Source: an uncultured delta proteobacterium
GTDB taxonomy: Bacteria > Myxococcota_A > Polyangia > Polyangiales > Polyangiaceae
DNA length: 64,000 bases
Reading direction: 5' to 3'
NCBI GenBank assembly: GCA_963782055.1
Contig: CAWAIF010000003.1
Location: forward strand, 6,880,001 to 6,944,000
Below the pieces are notes generated by a model, which was given only the letters and a program-made list of their open reading frames with translations, was not told where the DNA came from and searched no databases. Below, in pieces: positions 32,840-43,613 of this stretch; the stretch's first letter is position 1, and every line of letters begins with the position of its first letter. Both the position numbers and the translations under genes were made by a program.

Positions 32840-35139
32840 GGCAAGACCCATTGTGTCGCGAAGACTTGCGTGCGGCCAGCCCCACCGTCGGGTGGGTCGT
32901 TCCGGTTGTCTCCCCACGCCGGGATGAAGGCACCCGTGCCGTCCTGCGCGGCCGCCATCCCCTCGTAATCGCCCCAGGGAGTGAGGTTGCCGCTGTTCAC
33001 AGTGGCCGGATCCTTCCACGGCACGGCCGCCTGGTTCTGCAGGACGCTGACGTCGTCGACGAAGGCGTACGTCGCATCGCCCGGCCAGTTGTCGTCCTTG
33101 CTGGTGATCGCAACGACCACCGTCTGGCCGGCGTACGCACTGAGGTCCGCGCTGAGGTGCGCCCATCCGCCCGTGCTCGTGCACTCCTTGGGGAGAGGGG
33201 TGGTCAGGACGTTGTTCGATGTGTCCCGGATCTCCACGCGGAAGAAGTCGCAGTTGATGCCGCACGAGTCGGGGCAGGTCTCCCAGTAGTACATGCCGAG
33301 CGCCGCGCCCGCCGGACCTGTCGTGCTGTAGGTCGGGATGGTGACCGACTGCGTGATGGTGCTCTCGCCGTTGGTTGGGGAGGTCGACCCGAGCATGGCG
33401 GCGTAGGTCCCGGCGTGGACGGTCGACGTGGAGACGGAGACGGCGGGCCCGGAGGTGCTCCAAGACGAGAAGCCGCCGGTCTCGAAGTCGCCGTTGGTGA
33501 GCAGGACCGCCGGAGAATACGGCTGCGAGAGCAGCCGGCACGCGCCGTTGGTGGGCCACGAGGACCCCGCCCCGTTCAGTGCGGCGCTCCCGAAGAAGGC
33601 CTCGGTCCCGTCGCCCGCGTCGCCGAGCCGGCTGTCGTGCCATGCCGCAGCGACCTGGCTCCCTCCATCGGCGAGCTGCGCGACCGCGAGCTCCGGCGCC
33701 CACTGGTTGAGGAAGCACTCGGCGCTGTGATCGGTGTCGGAGCAGTACTGCATGTAGGAGCTTCCCGGCGTCATCGTCACGCGGCAGGCCTCCGCGCTAT
33801 GCGTCGAGAAGGATCCGGTGATCCCGCTGAGGTCATCGCTGGAGTCCCAGACGTGGTAGATGCGCTGCCCGCTGTCTCCGCCGTCGGCACCGGCGTGCGA
33901 TCCGGCGTTGATGAGCACGTGCCACTCGCCCAGGGCGTCGTCGTGAGCGAGGGCCATCTTGCCGCGGTTGTTGCCGCCCGTGTTCGTCCCCGCGTCCGAT
34001 CCCCGAAGATGCACTGCGCTCGGCATGATGCAGTTGGGCCACTGCGTGTCCTCCATCACGCTGATGGACCCGTCGGAGTTACCCACGCCCTGCGTCCACG
34101 TCTGGCCGCCGTCGACCGACGTGGCGAGGCGGAACTGGACGTCGAGCGTGCTGGTGCAGCTCGTGACCGTCTGGTTGCAGTTGAGGCTCGTGTTCTGGTA
34201 CGAGCACGCGCTCGCGCCGTTGTTGACTCGGGGGAAGCCCATCATCAGGGTCTCGGTGCCATTGTTGCACCCGTCCTGGCTCGGCGTGCTGCAGTAGGCG
34301 GCCAGGTTGGCCTGGGTGAACTTGACGCAACTCAGGCCACAGTCGATCCGCACCTCCTGCGGCGTGGAGGTCGTGATGCTGCCGTCGCTCCCGATGTGCA
34401 CCTTCTCCACCCAGTTGCGCGGGCCGCCGTCGTTGAAGACGGAGTTCTTGTTGTTCCAGTTGGTCCAGATGACGTGGGTTTGGCCGCCCTCGTAGTAGGC
34501 GACGGGCTGGTCCACGTAGCCGTTCGTCACGTTGGAGTCGCTGGCGGAGGACTGGAGGGTCGAGATGACCCGATAGCTGCCGCCGTTCGCTGGCCCCCAC
34601 GTCCGTCCGCCGTCGGTCGACGTGAACATCACGACGTCCTCGGGCAGCGTCGTGCCGGAGGTCGTGCTCTGGGCGAGGACGAGGTACGCCGCTATGCCCG
34701 CGTAGCCGGTCTGGACCACCACGGGATCTCCCAGCGTGTTCTTGTAGGGAGAGCCATCGTGGAGGTTCGTCGGCGAGCTGCTGAAGAAGCTGCTGTACCC
34801 CGCGGCGTTGTTCTGCTCGACGCCGGTGGTCAGGAAGGTCTGACCGTTGTCGGTGGACACCGCCCAGCCCATGACGCCGCTCCCGTTGCCGGTGCCGTCG
34901 TTGTAGCCCAACAGCACGGTGGGGCCAGCCGCGGCGTTGGGGATCCACGCGACGCTGGTCTCGCTCCCGAACGCCACCGACTTCTGCGTGGTCACGATGG
35001 TGTCCGGCTGCCTGGCCGTGCCGACCGACTCCGACGGGGCAGACGAGCACGCGGAGAGCGCTGCCGAGGATCCGGCGGCGATGAGGCCCGCGAGCACGAC
35101 GAGGATCCCGGCGCGCGACGAGGTGAACGTTCCCAACAT
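32836..35139 (-). CDS. Large secreted protein with Asp-box (BNR) repeats and an inserted jelly-roll/CBM-like domain
   Basis: STDNGQTF, STDGGRTW, SVDGGQTW; LTNGDFETG; WGDYEG. Confidence 0.85.
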   Translation of the reverse strand: MLGTFTSSRAGILVVLAGLIAAGSSAALSACSSAPSESVGTARQPDTIVTTQKSVAFGSETSVAWIPNAAAGPTVLLGYNDGTGNGSGVMGWAVSTDNGQTFLTTGVEQNNAAGYSSFFSSSPTNLHDGSPYKNTLGDPVVVQTGYAGIAAYLVLAQSTTSGTTLPEDVVMFTSTDGGRTWGPANGGSYRVISTLQSSASDSNVTNGYVDQPVAYYEGGQTHVIWTNWNNKNSVFNDGGPRNWVEKVHIGSDGSITTSTPQEVRIDCGLSCVKFTQANLAAYCSTPSQDGCNNGTETLMMGFPRVNNGASACSYQNTSLNCNQTVTSCTSTLDVQFRLATSVDGGQTWTQGVGNSDGSISVMEDTQWPNCIMPSAVHLRGSDAGTNTGGNNRGKMALAHDDALGEWHVLINAGSHAGADGGDSGQRIYHVWDSSDDLSGITGSFSTHSAEACRVTMTPGSSYMQYCSDTDHSAECFLNQWAPELAVAQLADGGSQVAAAWHDSRLGDAGDGTEAFFGSAALNGAGSSWPTNGACRLLSQPYSPAVLLTNGDFETGGFSSWSTSGPAVSVSTSTVHAGTYAAMLGSTSPTNGESTITQSVTIPTYSTTGPAGAALGMYYWETCPDSCGINCDFFRVEIRDTSNNVLTTPLPKECTSTGGWAHLSADLSAYAGQTVVVAITSKDDNWPGDATYAFVDDVSVLQNQAAVPWKDPATVNSGNLTPWGDYEGMAAAQDGTGAFIPAWGDNRNDPPDGGAGRTQVFATQWVLP

Positions 35140-35328
35140 GACTCTGCCTCCCTGGGGACGAGACCCTCCCGTCCTCTTCGAGACCTTCGCGCGATCCGCG
35201 CTCACAGTGCGCGCACAAATGCAGCCTCCGGCGTCACACTGCCGTCACCGGCGACAGGTGGCACTCGTAGCTTGCAAAGCTCCGGGGGGGGGGGGAGATA
35301 CTCTGTGGCTTCGAGGAGGGCGCCATCC

Positions 35329-36039
35329 ATGGAGCCGGCGACATGCGTCTTGCTGGTCGACGACGACTCACTGGTGCGCTCGGCGCTCCGGCGAGAGATC
35401 CGCCGGCGCACCGGCGGATGGGACTGGGTGCTGACGGCCTCGGCACCAGAGGCGCTCGGGCGGATCGTGCGCGAGCGCTTCCACGTGATGGTGACCGATC
35501 TGAACCTTGGCCCCGGGAAGATGAACGGGCTGGAGCTGACGCGCGCGGTGCGCGCCCTGCCGGATGCCACGCCCGTCCTCCTCTACACCGGCCAGGACTG
35601 GACCGAGGCCGAGCGCGTCGCGGCACTGTGGGCGGGCGCGGACGTGACGATGTCCCGTCCGCTGGAGCGCCTGCAGGAGCTGTTCGCCCAGGTGAGGGCG
35701 CTCGGGAGGATGGTGCGCCGCGTGTCCGGAGAGCGGCCGGCGGCGCGGCCGCTCATCGAGGGGCTGCACCTGGACGGCCGGCGCGGCGCGGTGAGCGTCC
35801 ACGGGCAGGAACTGCCCGTCACCCCGAACGAGGCGAGGCTGCTCGCCGTGCTCCTCGCCGCGCACCCGCGCGAGGCGACCTTCGCCGAGCTGCTCGCCGC
35901 GCTGGACCACGGGAGGTCGCACGACCACCACGCGATCCACGCGGCCGTCGGGCGCCTGAAGAGGCTTGAGCGCGCGGGTGTGCTGATCGAGGCCGTGCCG
36001 GGGCTCGGGTACCGCGTCCGGGTGCGGAAGGGGGGCTGA
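35329..36039 (+). CDS. OmpR-type response regulator
   Basis: VLLVDDD, TDLNL..MNGLEL, wHTH ending AVPGLGYR; GAGGAGG RBS. Confidence 0.85.
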   Translation: MEPATCVLLVDDDSLVRSALRREIRRRTGGWDWVLTASAPEALGRIVRERFHVMVTDLNLGPGKMNGLELTRAVRALPDATPVLLYTGQDWTEAERVAALWAGADVTMSRPLERLQELFAQVRALGRMVRRVSGERPAARPLIEGLHLDGRRGAVSVHGQELPVTPNEARLLAVLLAAHPREATFAELLAALDHGRSHDHHAIHAAVGRLKRLERAGVLIEAVPGLGYRVRVRKGG

Positions 36040-36067
36040 GCCCGCCGACGGAACGACGCTGAGCATC

Positions 36068-36590
36068 ATGGCGAGCATGCGTGGTTGCTGGCGGCAGGAG
36101 AACGGCTTCAAGCACGGGGTGGAGCGCTGGGGCATCAACCAGCTCGACCGGCGCGAGACCATCGCGTACGATCGTGCCCAACCCGGCGCGGCGCCGACTG
36201 GATCGCGCGATGCGCGTCGCACAGCATGCATCCGCGAGGGAGACGCGCGGCGGATGCTCGGGCAGCTCCCCGACGAGGACCGGCGTCGGGCGCGAATCGA
36301 GCGCGACCTCGAGGATGCCATCGCGTTGCAGCGCCAGCTCGAAGAGCAGCGGCCGACGACGCCCAAGCACGCGCCGCTGCGCGATACCGAGCTCGCCGGA
36401 AAGCTCCGGCGTCACGAGAGCGGGAGCAAGACTGTGCTCGATACGCTGAGAATCGCGTGCGCGAACGCCGAGGCCGACCTCGCTGCGTTGCTGGCCTCGC
36501 GCCTGCCACGCGCGACCGAGGCGAAGAAGACGCTGGCCAACCTGCTTGCCGCGCCTGGCCGAGTACGCGTCGGACTACGGACTGACTCGG
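36068..36590 (+). mobile_element. Transposase C-terminal remnant
   Basis: WRQENGFKH resembles the DDE R-W-x-x-E-N-x-F-K catalytic Glu motif; no N-terminus or terminal repeats seen. Confidence 0.55.
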
Positions 36591-36686
36591 GCACCCGCGA
36601 CCTCCCCGCAGACTTCGGATCTTCGCAACCGGTGCCGCGGCGGCGGAGGGCGCTGGGAGGGATCGGATGACCGCTGAGCCCAGTGG

Positions 36687-38212
36687 CTATCGCAGCGCGG
36701 AAAGTCTCGCGTCCCCGGCGAGCTCCGCTTCCGTCGCGACGACCACGCACTCCACCGTCGCCCTCGTCAGCGCGATGTGCATCCGCACCTCGTACGCGGT
36801 CCGCGAGCGCGACAGCTCCGTCACCACCACGAAGGGCCGCTCCAGCCCCTTGAACCGCAGGAACGTGTCCACCACGAGGTGATCCCCCGCGTCGAGCGCG
36901 TCCGCCCGGCGCACGGGGATCGGCCCGAGCACGTCGCGCGCGGCGAGCACGGTCCGCGTCTGCCCGCCGAGGGAGAGCACCACCTGCTGATCCTCGGCGA
37001 GCCCCGCGCGCCGGGCGCCGTCAATCTCGCGCAGGACGGCCGCCTCGATCGCGTCCTCGCCGGCCACGACGACCAGCCGCAGGCCCTCGACGGGCGCGCG
37101 CAGCAGCGCCTCCGGATCGATCGCGGACCGGTACTGCGCGGCGAAGCGGTCCAGGCCGGAGGGCGTGCGGTACGGCCGGAGCAGGCTGAAGGTCGCGAAG
37201 CCGTCCGCCGGCCCGTCGAGGTGAAGGCGGTCGGGCCAGTAGGCCTGCCCCTCGTCCGTGAAGACCCACAGCGGGCGCTCGCCCGCGAGGGCGCGGACGA
37301 GGTTCCAGTCCTCGAGCGTGAAGTCCTGCGCCTCGTCGACGATCACGACGTCGACGTCCGGGAGGCCGCCGCCCGGGATCACGCCGTGCGCCTTCGTGCT
37401 GACCGCGTCCCAGATCTCCCCGGTCCAGTCCTCCCGCGGCTCCTCCGACAGCGCCCTGCCCGCCCGGTCCAGCAGGTCCGCGGCGAGCTCCCGGACGGTG
37501 CTCGCGTCGAACCCGTGGGCGCGCAGCTCCGCGCCGAGCGCCCGGGTGAAGCACACGATCTTCACGCCCTGCCCGCCGGCCGCGCGCCGCCGCGCCGCCT
37601 CCATCGCGAGCAGCGTCTTGCCGGTGCCCGGCCCGCCGCGGATGACCATGCGCGGGTTGTCCGCGAGGCCGTCGAGCAGCTCCTGCTGCCGCGCGTCGAG
37701 CTGCACCAGCTCCGCGGAGCGCAGCGCCTGACGGTCGCCCAGCCGGCTCGCCTTCACCCAGCTCTCTCCCCAGAGGCCGTGCAGCGCCTCGAGCCAGCGG
37801 TCCGACCGCGGGGGGAAGACGCGCTGCCCGCTGGGCGCGAGGAAGAGCCGCTCCGCGAGCGCCTTCAGCGCCTCGTCGAGGTACTCCAGATCGTGCTGCC
37901 CGAGCACCGCGTCGCGCACGTCGCCCTGCGGCGCCGGCTCGAAGAAGGGCGTCTCCGCCTCCCATTCTGCAGCCAGGTGCCGCCGGCGACGTCGATGGCG
38001 CCGCTCTTCACCTCGATGACGAGCGCGCCGCGGCCGGGCACGCCGAGCACGAAGTCGCCCTCCGCCTCGACGCCGCCTCGCGTCCGCAGGCGCATGGAGT
38101 GCCAGGCGTACCAGCCCGCGGGGAGGCGCTGGCTGAGCGCCGTCCAGAGCGCGCGCTCGCCGGTGGGGCAGCCGGGGCGGGGGCCGCTGCGAGCTGCGAG
38201 CAGCTCCAGCAC
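36687..38212 (-). pseudogene. NERD nuclease + SF1-type helicase/ATPase, frameshifted near 37968
   Basis: EGDFVL..IEVKSG (NERD); GGPGTGKT, DEAQDF, RFKGLE. Confidence 0.8.
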
Positions 38213-38218
38213 CAGCTC

Positions 38219-39234
38219 CTACAGTTTGCTCCTGACCAGGCGGAACCCACCACCCGGGCCCGCCATCGTCGGAAGGCTCACGTCCGGGGCAATGACTCTG
38301 TTTGCCGCGCGACACCCCGTCGGCGTGATGTTGTACCCACCCCCGCGGAAGACCTTCTCGGGACCATCGTCCACCATGCCGCCGGGGTCCTTCAGGGCCG
38401 CATCTCCCCACGCATAGCTCGTGAAGTCGCTGCCGGTCCACTCGTACGCGTTGCCCAGCATGTCGTAGAGCCCGAACGCGTTCGGGGCCTTCTTGGCCAC
38501 CGGGTGGGTCAGCAATCCGGCGTTCGCGCAGTACCACGCAATCGGGTCCAGGTTGGCGTCGTCGGGGCATGCCTCGTTCTGCGAGGAGACGATGTCGCCC
38601 CCGTAGAAGGCGGTCGAAGTGCCGGCGCGCGCCGCGTACTCCCACTCCACCTCCGTCGGGAGCCGGTAGCCCTCGCACTCGTACACGGTCGGCGCATTCG
38701 CCGTCACCCCCGTGCAGACGCGATGATGACCCATGGTGCCCGTGCAGCCCTGCAGCACGTAGCAGGGCTGCAGCGGCGGATCGTGCGCGGCGGAGAGCAT
38801 GTTCGCGAACTCGAGCGCCTGCCACCACGTCACGTCGCCGACCGGGCAATCGGAGGCGCTGCAGTCTCCCCGTCCCGTCCGGCATCAGCGAGCTCGGGTT
38901 GTCCAGGCACATGGAGGTCCACTCCGCCTGCGTCACCTCGGTGCGCTGCATCCAGAAGGCGTGGGTCAGGGTGACCGGGGCCTGATCCTCGTCGTGCAGG
39001 CCGCGACCCGGCTCCGTCGGAGGCGAGCCGATGACAAAGGATCCCGCGGGAACCTCGACCCACGCCCCAGGGGCGGTGACCGCCGTCGAAGCGGCGGTGC
39101 AGGTCGCGGCCTCATACGGCTGCGATATCACAAGTCCGGCATCCGCCCCGCCCTCACCGGACGGGGTGGCCGGCGCGGACGATTGGCAAGCTGCGGGCAA
39201 GCCGGCAGTCAGCAGGCGGGAGCACGCGGGGCAT
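38219..39234 (-). pseudogene. Formylglycine-generating enzyme (FGE-sulfatase) family lipoprotein, copy A, two +1 frameshifts
   Basis: RLPTEVEWEYAAR, PNAFGLYDMLGN, GFRLVR; extra C near 38870 and near 39216. Confidence 0.8.
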
Positions 39235-39339
39235 CGCTCGTCCAGCGTACTCCGTACGCGCGGCGGATGCTCGCTCCGCCCGATGACGGCTCCTCCCCGC
39301 CGGCGCGCCGCGGAACGTCTGCAGCTCCAGCACCGGCGT

Positions 39340-40368
39340 CTACAACTTGCTCCTGACCAGGCGGAACCCCCCTGCCGGTCCGGTACCTCCGAGGGGATTG
39401 GCGATGGGGGCCTGTTCCCGATTCGCCGCACGGCATCCGGTCGGCGTGATGTTGAATCCACCACCACGCTTGACCTTGTCCGTGCCGTTGTCCACGGTGC
39501 CGCCCGGGTCCGTCAGAGCCGCGCCGCCCCACGCGTAGCTCGTGAAGTCGCTGCCGGTCCACTCGTACGCGTTGCCCAGCATGTCGTAGAGCCCGAAGGC
39601 GTTCGGGGCCCTCTTGGCCACGGGGTGGGTCAGCGGTCCGGCGTTCGCGCAGTACCACGCGATCGGGTCCAGGTTGGTGTCGTCGGGGCACGCCTCGTTC
39701 TGCGACGAGACGATGTCGCCGCCGTAGAAGGCGGTCGTGGTGCCGGCGCGCGCCGCGTACTCCCACTCCACCTCCGTCGGCAGCCGGTAGCCCTCGCACT
39801 CGTAGACGGTGGACGCGCTGCTGGTGACGCCTGTGCAGACGCGGTGGTGCCCCATCGCGCCCGTGCAGCCCTGCAGCACGTAGCAGGGCTTCAGCGGCGG
39901 ATTGTGCGCGGCGGAGAGCATGTTCGCGAGTTCCAGCGCCTCCCACCACGTCACGTTGCCGACCGGGCAATCGGAGGCGCTGCAGTCTCCCGTCCCGTCC
40001 GGCATCAGCGTGCTGGGATTGTCCAGGCACATGGAGGTCCACTCCTCCTGCGTGACCTCGGTGCGCTGCATCCAGAAGGCATGCGTCAGGGTGACCGGGG
40101 CCTGGTCCTCGTCGTGGAGGCCGCGCTCGGGCTCGGAAGGCGGCGAGCCGATGACGAAGGAGCCCGCGGGGATCTCGACCCACCCTTCCGGCGCGGTGAC
40201 GGCGGTCGGATTGGGGACGCAGGCCGCCGCCTCGTGGGGCCGAGACACGACGGGGCCGCCGTCCGCCCCGCCCTCACCCGGCGGCGTGGCGGGTGCGGAC
40301 GACTGGCAAGCTGCCAGCAAGCCGGCAGTCAGGAGGAGCGGAACCACGCCGGGGACCACGCGGGCCAT
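39340..40368 (-). CDS. FGE-sulfatase family lipoprotein, copy B (intact)
   Basis: Same motifs; LLAAC signal. Confidence 0.92.
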   Translation of the reverse strand: MARVVPGVVPLLLTAGLLAACQSSAPATPPGEGGADGGPVVSRPHEAAACVPNPTAVTAPEGWVEIPAGSFVIGSPPSEPERGLHDEDQAPVTLTHAFWMQRTEVTQEEWTSMCLDNPSTLMPDGTGDCSASDCPVGNVTWWEALELANMLSAAHNPPLKPCYVLQGCTGAMGHHRVCTGVTSSASTVYECEGYRLPTEVEWEYAARAGTTTAFYGGDIVSSQNEACPDDTNLDPIAWYCANAGPLTHPVAKRAPNAFGLYDMLGNAYEWTGSDFTSYAWGGAALTDPGGTVDNGTDKVKRGGGFNITPTGCRAANREQAPIANPLGGTGPAGGFRLVRSKL

Positions 40369-40639
40369 CGCGCGTCCAGGGTATCATCGGGGTGCACCGC
40401 GCGCCGGGATCCGGGATCGCCGCGGAGTCGGGGCCAAGAGATCAGAATGGATGCGTGGGGCGAGCACCAGCCCGCGGGGAGGCGCTGCTGAGCGCCGCGC
40501 GGGCGCTGGTGGACGGTGCCGACTGGTCTGGTGACTGCCCGGGAATGCGCTCGGCGCCCGCAGGCGTTCTTGCGCGCAAGAGAACTTGTTGGCGGCGAGC
40601 TTGCGGGCAACCCAGATTGCCCGGCGCATGGAGGTTCCT

Positions 40640-42226
40640 ATGAGCGACGTATCGGAGGCGATCAAGGCGCGGTTGGCCCAGCTGGGCTGGGACCAGAAGC
40701 AGCTGGCGTACGAGTGGCAGCAGAAGGTGAACAAGGGCACGGTGAGCACGTTCGAGACGCATGGCGTCTCCAGGCTCGTCAACGACGATCCCGAAGGTTT
40801 CGCGTTCGTGCTCGACGGCAAGGACGCCAGCGCGCGGCTGCGCGCCCTGGCCGAGTGGCTCGGCTGGGAGCCGGAGACGCTGAAGGCTCGCTGCGAGGCC
40901 GCGCGCGTCCGTCCCGTGCTGGTGCTGCATCCGGACCTGCCGCAGGAGCAGGTGGCGTTCTTCCAGACGCGCGAGCGGATGGATTCCGGGCGGCTCCGCG
41001 TGGTCCCGTGGGAGGGCCCGGACCTGAACGGCAAGACGCGGGAGGCGTTGCGCGACACCGCGAAGCGTCACGGCGATGCCGCGGTCGTCGTGGTGCCGCA
41101 CGACAAGGATCGGGAGTTCTTCGACGGTGCCGACGTGCGCACGAGCCGGATCGAGGCAAGTCAGCCCGGGTTCAGGCTGGTGGTGTTCCCGGACCTCACG
41201 CCGCCGCTTCCACCCCGGACGAAGGATGTCGATGGCATGCCGATGGTGGCGTGGCCGCAGAAGGAGCGGGAGTACCGGAGTCGGATCAAGGCCGCGGCGC
41301 AGGGTCACTGGCGGGACCGCGAGCTGGAGAGAGCACCCGACAAGCAGTGGGTCGACCGGATCCGGGAGGCGGACGCGGAGGGGACGCCCGCCACCTTCCG
41401 GCTGGATTGGTTGCTCGAGACGCCCACGGAGGGGCAGGTGGAGCGTCTGGCCCTCCAACTGGCCGTGGCCGACATTCCAGGCTGGCCGAGCGATCAGTCG
41501 TCGCGGGCGACGCAGCGATCGTTCGAGTGCTTTCATGGCGGTCGCTTGCTCGCGATCCGAGCACCTGACGCAGACCGGCGTGAGTCGGTCGCCGAACATC
41601 TCGTCGAGGATGCGCTCTCCTTCGCGCCGCTCGTGGCGTCCCTCCGCGCTGCGTGCGAAGGTCTCAACCCGTACCTGGAAGGACCGAACGTCGATGTCAC
41701 CGAGCTCGGGATCTCCACGGCCGTTGACGCGTTCACCGCAGAGACCGGGCTTCCGTTGCACTTCGACGCGTCACGGTTCCGTCCGGCGGTGGGCCGGAGG
41801 AGGATCGACAGTTACCACCCGGAACCCGAGCCAGAGGAGTTCCACCTTCGAAAGTCCACGGACGCGGACGCCGCCGTGCGTGCCTTGCTCGATGACGTGC
41901 TCGCCCGCGAGTTCATCCTACCCACCGCCTCCGAGACCGCCGTCTTCCAGCTCGAGGTTGTGCGATCCGCGTCGCTGGTGCACCTCGAGTCGACCCCGAC
42001 GAGGAAGGCGGTGCTGGCCAACATCGGGGCCGGGCGGGTCATGCGCGTGGACATTTTGCGATACGTACACGAGAAGCCCGGCCCGGTCCGCCTGACGCGC
42101 GGCGGTCTCGACGGTGGTGACGTGCGGATGCGGTTGTCGTTCGATGAGCGAAAGGTGTTCCACGAGCTGGAGGGAACGAGCGTTCAGACCGTTCTCCGGC
42201 GCAGGCAAGCGGAGGACGACGACTGA
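40640..42226 (+). CDS. Hypothetical protein, possible N-terminal XRE-like HTH
   Basis: GGAGG RBS; IKARLAQLGWDQKQLA. Confidence 0.7.
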   Translation: MSDVSEAIKARLAQLGWDQKQLAYEWQQKVNKGTVSTFETHGVSRLVNDDPEGFAFVLDGKDASARLRALAEWLGWEPETLKARCEAARVRPVLVLHPDLPQEQVAFFQTRERMDSGRLRVVPWEGPDLNGKTREALRDTAKRHGDAAVVVVPHDKDREFFDGADVRTSRIEASQPGFRLVVFPDLTPPLPPRTKDVDGMPMVAWPQKEREYRSRIKAAAQGHWRDRELERAPDKQWVDRIREADAEGTPATFRLDWLLETPTEGQVERLALQLAVADIPGWPSDQSSRATQRSFECFHGGRLLAIRAPDADRRESVAEHLVEDALSFAPLVASLRAACEGLNPYLEGPNVDVTELGISTAVDAFTAETGLPLHFDASRFRPAVGRRRIDSYHPEPEPEEFHLRKSTDADAAVRALLDDVLAREFILPTASETAVFQLEVVRSASLVHLESTPTRKAVLANIGAGRVMRVDILRYVHEKPGPVRLTRGGLDGGDVRMRLSFDERKVFHELEGTSVQTVLRRRQAEDDD

Positions 42227-42311
42227 AGCGGGATCGGCACGCGATCGGCGGCCACCGAGGTGAGACGCGGGCGTATCCCGCCGGCTGCTCGCTGGATGTT
42301 ACGCTTTCGCC

Positions 42312-42773
42312 ATGACCGACTGGTTCTACAAGGCGACGAACAAGAAGCTCGACTACGTGGGAACCCTCCTGCTGGCGGAGCGCGGCTTCCTTTGCAGATC
42401 GGCGTACACCAAGGCGGAGCACTGGGCTGCCAACGTGCAGGCCGTCGAGTTCGGCGACCGCATCCACTTCTACTTCATCGGCCGCGAGCCGACGCCGCTC
42501 GGGGCGTTCGAGGTCATCCGGCGCGAGGACTTCAAGATCGCCAAGCCCACGCCGACCGCCGACGACTTCGCCGGGCCGGTGCCGGGGTGCGCTCTCTACG
42601 AGGTCGTGAACCCAGGCTTCATCGCGAAGCTCGACCCGGACGGCGGCTACGAACCCGACCTCAAGCTTGCCAGATACGCGGGCTCGTTGCTCCGAAAGGT
42701 AGGCCCTGCGGCGCCCGCGCCGCCGAAGTTCCTGGCGGAGCAGCCCACTCTGGTCCGCGCACCGGAGGCGTAG
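42312..42773 (+). CDS. Hypothetical protein, possible EVE/PUA-like fold
   Basis: VQAVEFGDRIHFYF..LGAFEV pattern. Confidence 0.6.
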   Translation: MTDWFYKATNKKLDYVGTLLLAERGFLCRSAYTKAEHWAANVQAVEFGDRIHFYFIGREPTPLGAFEVIRREDFKIAKPTPTADDFAGPVPGCALYEVVNPGFIAKLDPDGGYEPDLKLARYAGSLLRKVGPAAPAPPKFLAEQPTLVRAPEA

Positions 42774-42782
42774 AGTCGCACC

Positions 42783-43580
42783 ATGCCCACCATGACGATG
42801 TTCACCTTCGGGTACTGGGGTTGGGGCTCGTCGACGAAGCTCCTCTTGAAGGCCAGCTCCGCCGTCGAGCGGGCGCGCGGCTTCGCACGCCCGATGTTCG
42901 TCGACCTTCGCATCTCGCGAAGCGTCCGCGCCGCCGGGTTTCGTGACTCGGCGTTCGAGAAGCTTGCTGGGAGCGGCCGCTACATCTGGATGCCGGAGCT
43001 CGGAAACCGAGCCGTGCGCGACCGCCCGAAGCGCGGACCCAAGATCGTCATCGACGACCCGACAGCAGCTGGAACACTGCTCGATCAGCTCACCGCGAGC
43101 GCCGGCGACAAGCAGCGCGTGATCGCGTTCTGCGCCTGCGAGGTACCGGGGACGAGCGAGAAGCCCGTCTGTCATCGTCGTGTGGTAGCCGACCTGGTAC
43201 TGGCGGAGGCGAAGCGAAGGCGGCTCAAGCTCCACGTGATGGAGTGGCCCGGAGGCACCGCGACGCGCCGGGAGGTGCAGGTCACCACCAAGGAGCTGCG
43301 CGCGCTGGCAAGCCGAGCCGCTCTCAAGCCGAAGTGGCCCGAGGCAGAGATCGCGGCGATGCCGTGGGGCTCACGCATCACGGCGCGGGCGGGTGGGGAG
43401 TCCCTCACGTTTCTCGCCCGCGCACCCAAGCCTCGAGGCGGAAGCCTGGTCTTGCCACAGTGGGCGTGGGGCTGGGACGACTGGGATGAGGCGTACGAGG
43501 AGCACGTGGCTGCTTTGGGGCTTGGTGGGCAGCAAACCGGTGAGGAGCAGCGCTACGCTCGGCCGAGACCGCGCGCGTAA
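42783..43580 (+). CDS. DUF488-like protein
   Basis: FTFGY, VDLR, YIWMPELG, CACE..CHR..VAD. Confidence 0.7.
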   Translation: MPTMTMFTFGYWGWGSSTKLLLKASSAVERARGFARPMFVDLRISRSVRAAGFRDSAFEKLAGSGRYIWMPELGNRAVRDRPKRGPKIVIDDPTAAGTLLDQLTASAGDKQRVIAFCACEVPGTSEKPVCHRRVVADLVLAEAKRRRLKLHVMEWPGGTATRREVQVTTKELRALASRAALKPKWPEAEIAAMPWGSRITARAGGESLTFLARAPKPRGGSLVLPQWAWGWDDWDEAYEEHVAALGLGGQQTGEEQRYARPRPRA

Positions 43581-43613
43581 CCATCGAAGCGTACTGAAAC
43601 TGAGGTTGCCGCC

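Noticed and set aside
35259..35277. sigma54 promoter TGGCACTCGTAGCTTGCA
   Set aside because: GG-GC spacing is 12, not the required 10
38219..40368. Diversity-generating retroelement (VR/TR pair)
   Set aside because: Differences are not adenine-specific, both copies are whole genes, and no reverse transcriptase is in the window
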